64,000 bases of DNA from a virus. Its lineage: Duplodnaviria > Caudoviricetes. The stretch lies in IMG/VR virus record IMGVR_UViG_2706795384_000001, positions 7,201 through 71,200 of that record. One strand, given 5' to 3'. The position numbers were made by a program, and so were the translations under genes. The notes under the pieces are model-generated. The model ran no database searches. It was given only the letters and a program-made list of their open reading frames with translations, and was not told the origin of the DNA. Of this stretch, positions 1-9,800 are shown in pieces. The stretch's first letter is position 1; every line of letters starts with the position of its first letter.

Positions 1-2
1 AC

Positions 3-431
3 GGCAAGCCCGTTGTTGAGGCTGAGGAACAGACCAACAACAGCGCTGCCACGGGCAAGCATGCTGCCCCCGCCGCTGGCGACGCCCCCAAGACTGTGAT
101 TGTCTCCGAGGCTGCGTTCTCCGAGCTCATGGCATCCAACCAGACCAATTCGGAAAAGCTGGCCGCTATGGAAGCTGACAACCGCAAGCGCCACGTGGCT
201 GGTTTGGTCAGCGACTACACCAAAGCCGGGAAGATTCACCCCACCGAAAAGTCCTACTTCACGGAAGCCCTGGCGACCAACGAGGAATCCACCCGCAAGC
301 TGCTGGACGCTCGCGCTGGCATTCCCGTGGTGGCGATTGGGTCCGAGAACGTGGATCCGGTCCAGTTCAGCGAAAACCAGAACTTTGACGACGCGTTCAA
401 GTTCTTCAACCTTCCGATTGGAGGCAACTAA
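3..431 (+). CDS. C-terminal part of Mu-like prohead protease/scaffold protein (5' truncated by window)
   Basis: Frame open from base 3; acidic helical C-terminus (AGKIHPTEKSYF...) just upstream of capsid genes. Confidence 0.6.
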   Translation, partial: GKPVVEAEEQTNNSAATGKHAAPAAGDAPKTVIVSEAAFSELMASNQTNSEKLAAMEADNRKRHVAGLVSDYTKAGKIHPTEKSYFTEALATNEESTRKLLDARAGIPVVAIGSENVDPVQFSENQNFDDAFKFFNLPIGGN

Positions 432-434
432 GCC

Positions 435-815
435 ATGGGCCAGTTTGAAAACGCCGTAGACGTTGTACGCGATCCCGGCAAGAACTACACCGCCAAGACC
501 GGCGCCGCAGCCGTCCGCGGCTCGCGCTTCCTGTCCTACGTCGCCGGTGGCACCCGTCAGGTGTCCAAGGTAGGCGAGGCCACCGCCACGTCCGCCGTTA
601 TCGGCGTCGCCAAGTACGACGCCCCGGCGAACAAGGAAGTGGGCGTCCTCAAGGGCGGCGCATGCGGCGTTATCGCTGGCGGCGCTGTCGCCATTGGTGA
701 CCGCGTTGTGTCCGACGCGCAGGGCCGTGCTGTCAAGGCCGCGGACGGTGCCCCGTTCGTCGGTGTCGCCTACACGGACGCCGCGCTCAACGCCGTCGTT
801 TACATCGACTTCTAA
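435..815 (+). CDS. Capsid cement/decoration protein (DUF2190-like)
   Basis: 126 aa, Ala/Gly/Val-rich, GAVAIGDRVVSDAQGRAV motif, between scaffold and capsid. Confidence 0.7.
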   Translation: MGQFENAVDVVRDPGKNYTAKTGAAAVRGSRFLSYVAGGTRQVSKVGEATATSAVIGVAKYDAPANKEVGVLKGGACGVIAGGAVAIGDRVVSDAQGRAVKAADGAPFVGVAYTDAALNAVVYIDF

Positions 816-840
816 GCCAGAAAGGCACGGAAAAACAAAA

Positions 841-1737
841 ATGAGCTCTCTCATGTACCCGCCCCAGGGTCCGACTGTCAACGGTCAGCAAATCACCGTT
901 GATTGGGCACTCAAGACGCCCACCTTCATTTCCAAGGCCGTGACCCTTGCCCTGCAGGGCCGGTTCATCAGTGACTACATTTTCCGTGCTGGCAATGCCG
1001 CCGCGGGTGCTGTGGTCTACGAACGGACCCTCGGCCCGAACGAGAAGTACCCGGCCAAGGGCGACGTTGAAATCGTGAACCCGGGCGACGAGTTCCCGCT
1101 GGTGGACGTTGGCGAGGTTTCCAAGGAAACCGCCATTGTTGACAAGTTCGGTGCCGCCGCGCTGGTGACTTACGAACAGATTCGTCGTAACCAGACGGAC
1201 AAGGTAACTGAGGCAATCGTCAAGATTTCCAACGCTATCTTGCGCAAGACCGACAACCGCGCCATGGCTGCACTGGCCAATGACCCTGACAAGCTGGTTG
1301 TGGCTGCTGCTTCCGGCTGGGGCACGGCTGACCCGGACCCGTTCGCTGACATTGTTGGCGCCGTGGGTCTTGGCGAGGGCCAGGAACTGGACTACAACCT
1401 CGATACCGTCCTTATCAACCCCCTTGACGCGGCCAAGCTGCTCAAGAACCGGGACATTCGAGACCAGCTTCCCCGTGAAGCCGTCAGCAACAACCCGTTG
1501 CTGACCGGACGCTTGGAAGGTCTCGCGGGTCTCTCGTGGATTCAGACCAACCGCAAGGCGCCGGGTTCGCTCTACATTCTGCAGCGCAACATCACGGGTG
1601 TGCACGCTGAGGAACTGAGCACCTACACTCGCAACATTGATGAAGCGGCCAACGAGCGTTGGCGCGTACAGGGCGCCCGTGTTTCGGTGCCGATCATCAC
1701 CGATCCCAAGTCCATTATCGAACTGACGGGAATCTAG
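841..1737 (+). CDS. Major capsid protein (HK97 fold)
   Basis: 298 aa from ATG 841; position; GAVVYE, PGDEFP, KFGAAALVTYE motifs. Confidence 0.85.
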   Translation: MSSLMYPPQGPTVNGQQITVDWALKTPTFISKAVTLALQGRFISDYIFRAGNAAAGAVVYERTLGPNEKYPAKGDVEIVNPGDEFPLVDVGEVSKETAIVDKFGAAALVTYEQIRRNQTDKVTEAIVKISNAILRKTDNRAMAALANDPDKLVVAAASGWGTADPDPFADIVGAVGLGEGQELDYNLDTVLINPLDAAKLLKNRDIRDQLPREAVSNNPLLTGRLEGLAGLSWIQTNRKAPGSLYILQRNITGVHAEELSTYTRNIDEAANERWRVQGARVSVPIITDPKSIIELTGI

Positions 1738-1739
1738 CC

Positions 1740-2129
1740 ATGGCCCCCACTGCTGCACGTAAAGCGTCGGAAGCGCTCAAGGGCGCCCCGGTCCCCGCGC
1801 CGGCTGAGGAAGCCCAGCTGGACCTCCCGGCAACCGAGACGGACGCCAAGGCCGCCGCTGACAAGGAAGCCGCTGATAAGGCGGCTGCCGAGGCAGAGGC
1901 AGCCAAGGAAGCCGACGAGGCCAAGGTCACCGCTGACGTGGAGGCCACCCACGCGGACGAACAGGACGACACCGACGACTTGGTGGAAGCCACCGTCGTT
2001 ATTGCCATGTTCAACTATTTCGCGGAAGACGGCACGCACCTTTCGGCGCTCAAGGGCACCAAGGTGCACGTTGAGCCGGACGTTGCCGCGCGCGGCGTCC
2101 GTATCGGCGCGCTGACCGTCCAGGACTAG
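1740..2129 (+). CDS. Hypothetical virion-associated protein, Ala/Glu-rich N-terminus
   Basis: ATG right after capsid stop; low-complexity N-half plus small beta C-domain. Confidence 0.6.
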   Translation: MAPTAARKASEALKGAPVPAPAEEAQLDLPATETDAKAAADKEAADKAAAEAEAAKEADEAKVTADVEATHADEQDDTDDLVEATVVIAMFNYFAEDGTHLSALKGTKVHVEPDVAARGVRIGALTVQD

Positions 2130-2147
2130 CCCGAAAGGCTAAACAAA

Positions 2148-2657
2148 ATGGCTGAGGCCACAACGTGGGGTGTCAGCGTCGAGGAAGTTTCGGCGCTGGC
2201 CCCCCATATTGTTATTACCGAATCTGAGGCGCCCCCGGTTGGTGGCGCCCCGGACCCCTTCGTCAACGGCGCCGCGGTGCGGAAGCTCACGCGCATGCAG
2301 GTCAATGGGTTCATCAACGACATAACCGCCATGGTGGATATGCGGATCCATGAGCGCGCGCGGATTGCTGACCCGGTGTTTAGCGCCAAGATTGCCGCCG
2401 CCGCCAAGGACGTGGTGAGGAATGGCGCCGGTTCTTACTTGGTGTCTGCTGCGTTCCCCATCAAGGCCGGACCCAACGAGAACACCAGCTATGCCGCGGA
2501 ACTTTGGAACCGTTACAAGCTGGGGCTTGAGGAACTGGAAAAGGCCATTGCCAGCTTCATCAAGGACGGTGTTGGCCTCAACCCGCTGCCGGACGCCCCG
2601 TCGCGGATCACTAGCTTTTTCCCGGCTGTCAGAGTCCGCGACGACATGAGGTTTTAG
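2148..2657 (+). CDS. Head-to-tail adaptor
   Basis: RBS GAAAGG; position after capsid; helical 169 aa. Confidence 0.6.
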   Translation: MAEATTWGVSVEEVSALAPHIVITESEAPPVGGAPDPFVNGAAVRKLTRMQVNGFINDITAMVDMRIHERARIADPVFSAKIAAAAKDVVRNGAGSYLVSAAFPIKAGPNENTSYAAELWNRYKLGLEELEKAIASFIKDGVGLNPLPDAPSRITSFFPAVRVRDDMRF

Positions 2658-2660
2658 CAC

Positions 2661-3131
2661 ATGGGTGCCATATTGCACTTCAAGATTGAGGGCGGGGAAG
2701 CATTCAATGTGATGCTTGACCGTTTCCAGGAGAACTTTCACAACGCCGAACCCGTATTCGAGGCCATGGCCGAATACCAAAAGGGGATTTGGCGTAAACA
2801 GTTCGATCAAGAGGGCGCATATACCGGCGCCGGCATGTGGTCAGCGCTCAAACCTGACTACGGAGCTTGGAAGCAACGGCACTACCCCGGCAAGCCCATA
2901 TTGCAACTGACTGGCGACCTCATGGCGTCCATGACGGAACGCCCGTTCGGGGTTGACGAAATCACCGACGAACAAATGGTTATTGGCACAGCCGTGCCAT
3001 ATAGCGCGTTCCATCAGCGCGGCACGGAAACCATGCCAGCGCGGCCCATGGTGCAAAAGCCGTCAGGGCGTGACCGGCTGCAATTCGCCAAGTACCTCCA
3101 AAACTGGATTGTGAAAGGAAGCGTGACGTAA
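2661..3131 (+). CDS. Virion morphogenesis/tail completion protein (Mu gpG-like)
   Basis: W-x-x-L-K-P-x-Y, ILQLTGDL, YSAFHQRGT...MPARP motifs. Confidence 0.75.
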   Translation: MGAILHFKIEGGEAFNVMLDRFQENFHNAEPVFEAMAEYQKGIWRKQFDQEGAYTGAGMWSALKPDYGAWKQRHYPGKPILQLTGDLMASMTERPFGVDEITDEQMVIGTAVPYSAFHQRGTETMPARPMVQKPSGRDRLQFAKYLQNWIVKGSVT

Positions 3132-3748
3132 TGCTTGGTGCTGAGGGAGTGGCCCGGGCGCTGGTGTACCGGATTCAAGCGCGGTTCCCGGCCAAGCTCG
3201 CGGAAATCCGCACCCGGCTGGCCGTGGACGCCGCCGAACTGCCGGAGCTCAACGCGATCTATCCGCACGAAATCAACCTGCGAGCCGTCAACGCTTACCC
3301 CTGCATGTCCGTGGTGGAGTACGAGACCACCGGGCGGATTGGCAACAGGCAGATGGACTCAGACGGCGACTATGACGAATACAGCTACCGCTACCGCATG
3401 CGGGTTTTCATCTGGGGCATGGGCACCGATCATGTGGGCACGGACTTGCTGCGCAAGCGGCTGACGCTGGCCGCGCGCGAGGTGCTGCTGAATGACAAGA
3501 TTTTCTATGATCAGGGCGGACAGTACGCCGAACTAGACCCCGCAACACTCAAGGAATCATTCAGCGACGTTGGCGACGTGGCCGACAACCAGTTCCTTGG
3601 TGGCGCGTACCTGGAATTTGAGGTTGTCACCCAAGAGACCTTGAAGGCGTACCAAGGCCGGGTGAGCGACGACCCGGCCACGATCATTCCTGAGTTGGGC
3701 GCCGTGGGTGAGGGCGACACGCACCCCGTCCCCCAACCGGAACCCTAG
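3131..3748 (+). CDS. Probable tail terminator
   Basis: TAATG coupling; neck position; 205 aa. Confidence 0.55.
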   Translation: MLGAEGVARALVYRIQARFPAKLAEIRTRLAVDAAELPELNAIYPHEINLRAVNAYPCMSVVEYETTGRIGNRQMDSDGDYDEYSYRYRMRVFIWGMGTDHVGTDLLRKRLTLAAREVLLNDKIFYDQGGQYAELDPATLKESFSDVGDVADNQFLGGAYLEFEVVTQETLKAYQGRVSDDPATIIPELGAVGEGDTHPVPQPEP

Positions 3749-3766
3749 ACAAATGAACCTATAGCC

Positions 3767-4042
3767 ATGAGTGAAAACGTGCGGGTTCATAACCCCAACC
3801 CATTTGAAGTGGTCATAGACCTTGAGGGGCACAGCCTTGACGGGCACACTGCCACGGACGTGAGCCGGGACACCCTCACGGACCACCTCATTGACACCGG
3901 CCAGTTGCTAATCCAGCACCCGGCCCCGGCTGAACCATCGGAACCCGTCCTTGTGACGCCGACCGTGGTTCAGTCGAAAAACAGGCGCCGAAACAACAAC
4001 ACCGAGGCCACCGGCAACGGTTCTGAGACAGGAGAAAACTAA
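3767..4042 (+). CDS. Hypothetical protein
   Basis: 91 aa; stop coupled to sheath start. Confidence 0.6.
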   Translation: MSENVRVHNPNPFEVVIDLEGHSLDGHTATDVSRDTLTDHLIDTGQLLIQHPAPAEPSEPVLVTPTVVQSKNRRRNNNTEATGNGSETGEN

Positions 4043-5490
4043 TGGCTATTGGTGTTGAGGTCAGCACCTCTCTGCGTACCGGCCCGACGAACCCGGGGGC
4101 AATTTCCGGCCGTCTGCAAATCGCTGGTATCACCGAGCGTGGTTCCGCCACTGAGTCCGTGCTGGTGAAGTCGCTGGCACAGTATGAAAGCCTCTTTGGC
4201 ACCCGTCAGGCTTTCGCGTCCAACATGTACGATTCGGCGCGCACGTTCTTTGAGGAAGGCGGCAGCGAGCTTGTAGTTTCGCGCGCCGTTGGTCCGGCTG
4301 CCACTGCCGGGTTCTTGGTCCTCAAGTCCACTGCTGGCACCGTGGATACGCTGCGTATCGCCGCACGTAACCCCGGCTCGCATTCGTCCGCGATCACGGC
4401 TGAGGTGACCGTTTCCGGTGGCCTGTTCACGATCACGGTTCGGCGTAGCTCTGAGGTCATTGGCCTGTTCTCGAATCTGTCCACCCCGGCTGACGCCGTG
4501 GCTGCCGCGTCCACCAACTCGCATGTGGTGATCACGGACATGGGCGACGCGACCGCAGCACCGGGCAACCAGCCCAAGGCATTGGTCCCCACCGTGCTGT
4601 CCGCTGGCGTTGACGACCGCGCCGCTGTCACGTCCACGATTGTGGCCGCTGCGCTGTCCAACCCCGGCCCCGTCACCAAGGGCGCTGCTGTCGCGGCACC
4701 TGGCTATGCTGCATCGGCCATTGGCGCTGCTCTCATTGCGCACGCCAAGGCCAACGCCAAGGTGGCCCTGTTGTCCCCCGTGGCTGGTGCCACCGCTTCC
4801 GCGGCTGCTGCTGAGGCTAAGGCGCTGGTTGGCGCTGACGGCGCCTATGCTGGCGTGTTCTACCCGCACGTGGTCATTCCTGACGGCAACGGCACCCGCA
4901 CGCTGTCGCCGGAAGCCTACGTCGGCGCCGTGCGAGCTCGCGCGCACGTCAACATTGGGTTCTGGGCTGCCCCTGCCGGTGAACGCGCCCTGCCGCGCTG
5001 GATCGTTGGCACCGTCGCGGCCATTGACCGGCCCACCAACAACACGCTTGCTGATTCCCAGTTGAACGGCATTGTGACCATTGGCGGAAAGCCGCGGCTT
5101 TACGGCTGGGCATCCCTTGCCCTTGACCGTGACAACCTTGGGGTTCTGACCGCTCAGGACTCCCTCAACAACCTGACGGTTCAGGTGGAAGACACGCTCG
5201 AAGAGTTCATGTTTTCCACCATCGACAACCGCGGCATCCTGTTGAGCCGGATTGAATCCGCCGTAACCGGAATCGTTGACCCCATCGCACAGGCCAATGG
5301 TTTCTTCCCCCGCAAGGTGGACAACGAGATTGTGGATCCCGGCTACCGCGTGACGGTGGACGAAACCATCAACACCGCCACAAGCATGGCAAATAACGAG
5401 GTCCGGGTGGCCCTCAGTGTTCGCCTTGCCCCGCTCGCGGCGCTGATCAAGGCCGAAATCATCAAGGTTGCCCTGTCGGCATCCGTATAA
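4042..5490 (+). CDS. Tail sheath protein
   Basis: 482 aa; FFEEGG-x-ELVVSR, FYPHV, APAG, RLYGW, LSVRLAPLA motifs typical of contractile sheaths. Confidence 0.9.
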   Translation: MAIGVEVSTSLRTGPTNPGAISGRLQIAGITERGSATESVLVKSLAQYESLFGTRQAFASNMYDSARTFFEEGGSELVVSRAVGPAATAGFLVLKSTAGTVDTLRIAARNPGSHSSAITAEVTVSGGLFTITVRRSSEVIGLFSNLSTPADAVAAASTNSHVVITDMGDATAAPGNQPKALVPTVLSAGVDDRAAVTSTIVAAALSNPGPVTKGAAVAAPGYAASAIGAALIAHAKANAKVALLSPVAGATASAAAAEAKALVGADGAYAGVFYPHVVIPDGNGTRTLSPEAYVGAVRARAHVNIGFWAAPAGERALPRWIVGTVAAIDRPTNNTLADSQLNGIVTIGGKPRLYGWASLALDRDNLGVLTAQDSLNNLTVQVEDTLEEFMFSTIDNRGILLSRIESAVTGIVDPIAQANGFFPRKVDNEIVDPGYRVTVDETINTATSMANNEVRVALSVRLAPLAALIKAEIIKVALSASV

Positions 5491-5513
5491 CCCAAGAAAG
5501 GAATAACTGAGTC

Positions 5514-5921
5514 ATGACAAAGACAACCAAGCGGAATTTCATTACCACTATCTTGGGCGTTACGGGCACTTGGTCCACCTCCACTGGTGGAACTCTCAAC
5601 GCTGACGTGACACGCGACTACGACGGCGGGGCGGCGATCCCTGACCTGATTGGTGGCGCACCCACGGCGGACGACCTGGAACTGTCCCGGTCCTTTGACC
5701 CCGTGCGTGACCTGCCCCTGTTGGAAAAGCTGCGCAAGGAAGTGGGCCGGGGACGGTACACCATCACCAAACAGCCCACCGACGCCAACTTCACCAAGGT
5801 GGGCAAGCCGTTGACTTACGCCAACTGCCTCTTGCTTTCGGTGAATGACCCGGAATCGGACGCCAACAGTTCGGACGTTTCGCCCATCACGGTGAAGTTC
5901 GCCACGACGGGCGCCGTCTAG
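5514..5921 (+). CDS. Tail tube protein
   Basis: 135 aa after sheath; strong RBS AGAAAGGA. Confidence 0.8.
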   Translation: MTKTTKRNFITTILGVTGTWSTSTGGTLNADVTRDYDGGAAIPDLIGGAPTADDLELSRSFDPVRDLPLLEKLRKEVGRGRYTITKQPTDANFTKVGKPLTYANCLLLSVNDPESDANSSDVSPITVKFATTGAV

Positions 5922-5937
5922 GCCGGCGGGAAAACGT

Positions 5938-6081
5938 CCCACCCTGACTTGCTGGGGTCAGGGTGGGCAATCAGTGGGACGGGGCGCGTCCGAGTTGTCC
6001 GTGCTTGGACACGCGCCCCGTCCCACACCCATTTAACGAATCGGGCAATTCTTGATGCAGACCACCCCGCACGAGGCGGGG
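5938..6081 (+). other. Three-hairpin intergenic structure between tube and chaperone genes
   Basis: Stems 5938-5948/5957-5967 (11 bp), 5974-5989/6011-6026 (16 bp), 6065-6070/6076-6081. Confidence 0.7.
6017..6059 (+). promoter_or_regulatory. Putative late-class promoter (CCCGTCCCACA box, -10 AATTCT 6047-6052)
   Basis: Same box and spacing as the copies at 14780 and 21537. Confidence 0.4.
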
Positions 6082-6107
6082 CGGCGGACTGAACGGACAA
6101 ACAGGCC

Positions 6108-6647
6108 ATGACTGAAACACCCCAGGATTTCGGAACCATCCCCGCTGCTGCTCCCGTGGCTGCCCCGGAACCGCAGTACCCCAGCCACACCGAACCGGCG
6201 CCCGTTGAGCGCGAGGAATCGCCGCTGGACGCGCTGCGTGCGGAAGCCAAGCGAGACCTTGACGAGCCGGTGACCTTCAAGGTGTCCGGGCGCGAGGGTT
6301 TCGCCGTGCGGTTCTCCAACCAGATCGAACCGGAAGACGTGAAGCGCTACCGCAAGAACGCATTGGGTAAGCGCAAGAACCCGGAAGACGCGGACCAGAT
6401 TGTCGCATCGGCCCAGCCGCTGATCGAGAACAACCGCGGCATTCTGCTAAACGGCAAGGTGATTACCGCGGCTGACGGTGAAGACCTGACGTTCGGGCAC
6501 AAGGAATTTGCCGAAATGTTCGGCGGCATGGGCGCAATTCACGCCGTCCGGCTGTTCCTTGGACCGGGCCAGACCCTTTCCATGGGTGGCGCCCTGTTCG
6601 AGGCTGCCGGATACGGCGCCGAAGTCGAGTCCGTGGACCCTCACTAG
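6108..6647 (+). CDS. Tail assembly chaperone
   Basis: Between tube and tape measure; ends ...VDPH. Confidence 0.75.
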   Translation: MTETPQDFGTIPAAAPVAAPEPQYPSHTEPAPVEREESPLDALRAEAKRDLDEPVTFKVSGREGFAVRFSNQIEPEDVKRYRKNALGKRKNPEDADQIVASAQPLIENNRGILLNGKVITAADGEDLTFGHKEFAEMFGGMGAIHAVRLFLGPGQTLSMGGALFEAAGYGAEVESVDPH

Positions 6648-6649
6648 CC

Positions 6650-6835
6650 CTAGTTGAGTTCCTGGAGGATCACCCATGGTTCAAGCAAATGGCCCTAGAG
6701 GCCGAGGTTTTGGGCTTGGACCCCGTGGTGGTGGTGGACGAACCAAACCGGGTTTTCCGGGCGGTTCGGTCCGCCGCCGCCAAGGTGATTGCCGAGACTA
6801 GGGCAGAAAAGCAACGTAAACAGAACGGCAAGTAA
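6650..6835 (+). CDS. Tail assembly chaperone extension (-1 frame; probable frameshift product)
   Basis: Open -1 frame (LVEFLEDHPWFKQMALEAE...NGK) overlapping the chaperone end; not in ORF track. Confidence 0.55.
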   Translation, partial: LVEFLEDHPWFKQMALEAEVLGLDPVVVVDEPNRVFRAVRSAAAKVIAETRAEKQRKQNGK

Positions 6836-6847
6836 TGAATTGGAGGG

Positions 6848-9800
6848 GTGCCGGTGGCAACCACTGAGGAACGGGTTGTCCTTACCGTAGCGACCAAGGA
6901 CGAGCTCACAGCACCCCTCCAAGACATGACCAAAAAGGTGGAAGGCGCCGCGGACAAGGTGGCGAAAGCTTCCCAGCGCGAGGCGTCCGCCGTCGAAAAG
7001 GCCATGAATCAGGTCACCAAGTCAACGGCCACCGTCATGGGGTCCAGCGACAAAATGGCCAAAGTCTATGACCAAGCTGTGGGCCGTATGGGCACCAGTT
7101 CGGGCCGGGTGGGCACCGTCATTAATAACGGCATCGGTGGGGCCGTAGACCGGGCAATGCGCGGCGCTGCTAACTCCATCCGGGCAGCCACCCCCGGCAT
7201 TATCGCTGCCGCTGACCGCATAGGCGCGGGAATCGGCAGCGCCCTTGGTTCGTCGGTCAATACAGCCGTGACCGTAGGCGACAAAATAGGCACCGCTCTA
7301 GGCAGCGGACTGAACACCGCCGGTAAGACCCTTGGGGTTGCTGGCGTCGTTGTGGGTGGCGTCGTCGGCAAAGCAATTTCCGGTGGCATCAACCGCCAAC
7401 TCAACATTGAAGACGCCCGGGCCAAGCTGTCCGGGCTTGGTACTGACGCGGCCAGCGTCAACAGCATTATGGATTCTGCCCTGCAAGCCGTACAGGGCAC
7501 CGCGTTTGGTCTGGATTCGGCAGCCACCGCCGCGGCGTCTGCTGTGGCGTCCGGCATTCAGCCTGGTAAAGACCTGACGCGCACCCTCAAGCTGGTTGGC
7601 GACGCCGCCACCATTGCTGGCACTGATTACGGCGAAATGGGCGCGATCTTCAATAAGATTTCCGCATCCGGCGTGATCCAGGGTGAAGAACTCGCGCAGC
7701 TTGGTGACCGCGGCATCCCCATTTTGCAGTTGCTTGGCAAGGAAATGGGCGTTACCGCGGCTGAGGTCAAGGACTTGGCCTCCAAGGGCAAGGTTGACTT
7801 TGCTACCTTCCAGAACGCCATGGAAAAGGGCATGGGCGGCGCTGCCCTCAAGTCCGGCGAAACCACCCGTGGTTCCATGGCCAACATGGGCGCGGCACTG
7901 TCCCGCGTGGGCGCTACCCTGACGGCTGGGTTCTTCCCGCTGGCTGTGGGCGGTTTCAACGAGGTAACCAAGACCCTTGACGGCATGAACAAGGCCATAA
8001 AGCCGGCTGCCACCGCTTTTGGTACATGGTTTGCTGGCAAGGCTGGCCCCGTGGTCTCCACATTCTCAGAACGCGCGCTTAGGGCGTTTGGTGAGGTAAC
8101 GGGCGGGTTCGCCGCCATGCAAGCTGGCTACAAGCGAGCCGACGACGGCATCACGTCCAGTGGACTGCCGGGGTTTATGGAGCGCATCGGCATTGCTGCT
8201 GGCAAGGTCCGTGACGCCGTGGCCGGAATGAATCCGAACCTTGACCACCTCAAGGGCTTGGTTGCCCCGCTGGCTGGCATGTTCTTGGCCATGGGTTCCG
8301 GGCTGCTGGGCAACCTGCCCATCATTGGCCGGTTCCTGCCGGTACTGAACCCGTTCTTGGGCATCCTGCTGGGTCTCATTGCGGCCAGCCCGGAACTACG
8401 CCGCGCCCTTGGTGACGCTTTCCAAGCCATTGTTCCGGCGCTGGGGTCCGTGGTGGCTGCCTTTGCCCCTCTCGTGCCCATTCTGGCTGAGGTGGTGGCG
8501 TGGGGCGTTGACCTTGTGGTCAAGGTGCTGGACCTCATGGTGCCCCTGTTCCCGGTACTCGTGCCGCTGGTGGTGGCATTCGTTACCGTCGCCAAGCTCG
8601 CTGGCCCCGCCATGGCGGCGTGGAAGGTGGCAACGGTCCTGTTCACGGGCGCGCAAATCGGTTTCCAAACCGCCATGGGTGTCAGCACCGTGCTGACTCA
8701 AGCGCAGACGGCGGCGACCGAGCGCGGCACCGCTGGATTCGTGGCCATGAAGGTTGCGCAGTATGGTGCCGTGGCTGCCATGGCGGTGGCGACGGCTGCG
8801 CAGTGGCTTTTTAACGCGGCTGTGTCAGCAAACCCCATCAGCCTCATTGTCATAGCCATTGCCGCCCTGGTAGCTGGTGTCATTTGGGCCTACAACAACA
8901 TTGGTTGGTTCAAAGACGGGGTGGACGCCGCCCTGAAATGGATAGGCGAGGCGTTCCAGAACGTAGTCAACTGGTGGAACTCCGATTTCATGCCAGCCCT
9001 GTCCGCCGTGGGCCAATGGTTCGTTGACGTATTCACCAACGTGTCGCAATTCTTGTCCGACACCTTCACTAACGTAGGTAATTGGTTCCGCGATTTCATC
9101 GGCTTTTTCGTTGACGGCTGGGGCATGCTGGTTGATTTCTGGAACGGCATTTTGCTGCCAGCAATCCAAGCGGTGGGTGACTTTTTCGCCCCGATCCTTG
9201 ACTGGATCACGCGGCTAATCTGGAACGCCACGACCATTGCCGTGGCTTTGTTCTTCAAGCTGGTGGATTTCTGGAACGGGGTATTGCAGCCAGCCCTCCA
9301 AGCTGTGGGCGACTGGTTCAACAGCATTTTCACATGGATTTTCGAGACCATCGTTCGGCCCGTGGTTGACGGAATAGTTGGACTGTTCCGCACCTTGGTG
9401 GACTGGTGGAACCTCACTCTTATGCCAGCCCTGCAAGCTGTCGGTCAGTGGTTCTCCGACATTTTCAGCTGGATTTACAACACCATCATTTTGCCGTACA
9501 TCACTTTCTGGATTGACGCTTTCCGCATGGTGGTGGACTGGTGGAACCTCACGTTCCTGCCAGCCCTGCAAGCCGTGGGCCAGTGGTTTTCTGACGTGCT
9601 GAACTGGATTTACAACGTCATTATCAAGCCCGTAGTGGACCTGATAGTCGGCGCTTTTACGGCCCTGACGGACTGGTGGAATAACACCCTGTCGCCCATG
9701 ATTACGACCGTAGGCGGCTGGTTCCGTGACGGAATCGGCAAGGCAATTGAGGGCGTGTCAGGTTTCATAGATGGGCTGATAAAGGGCTTCCAGGGCTTTA

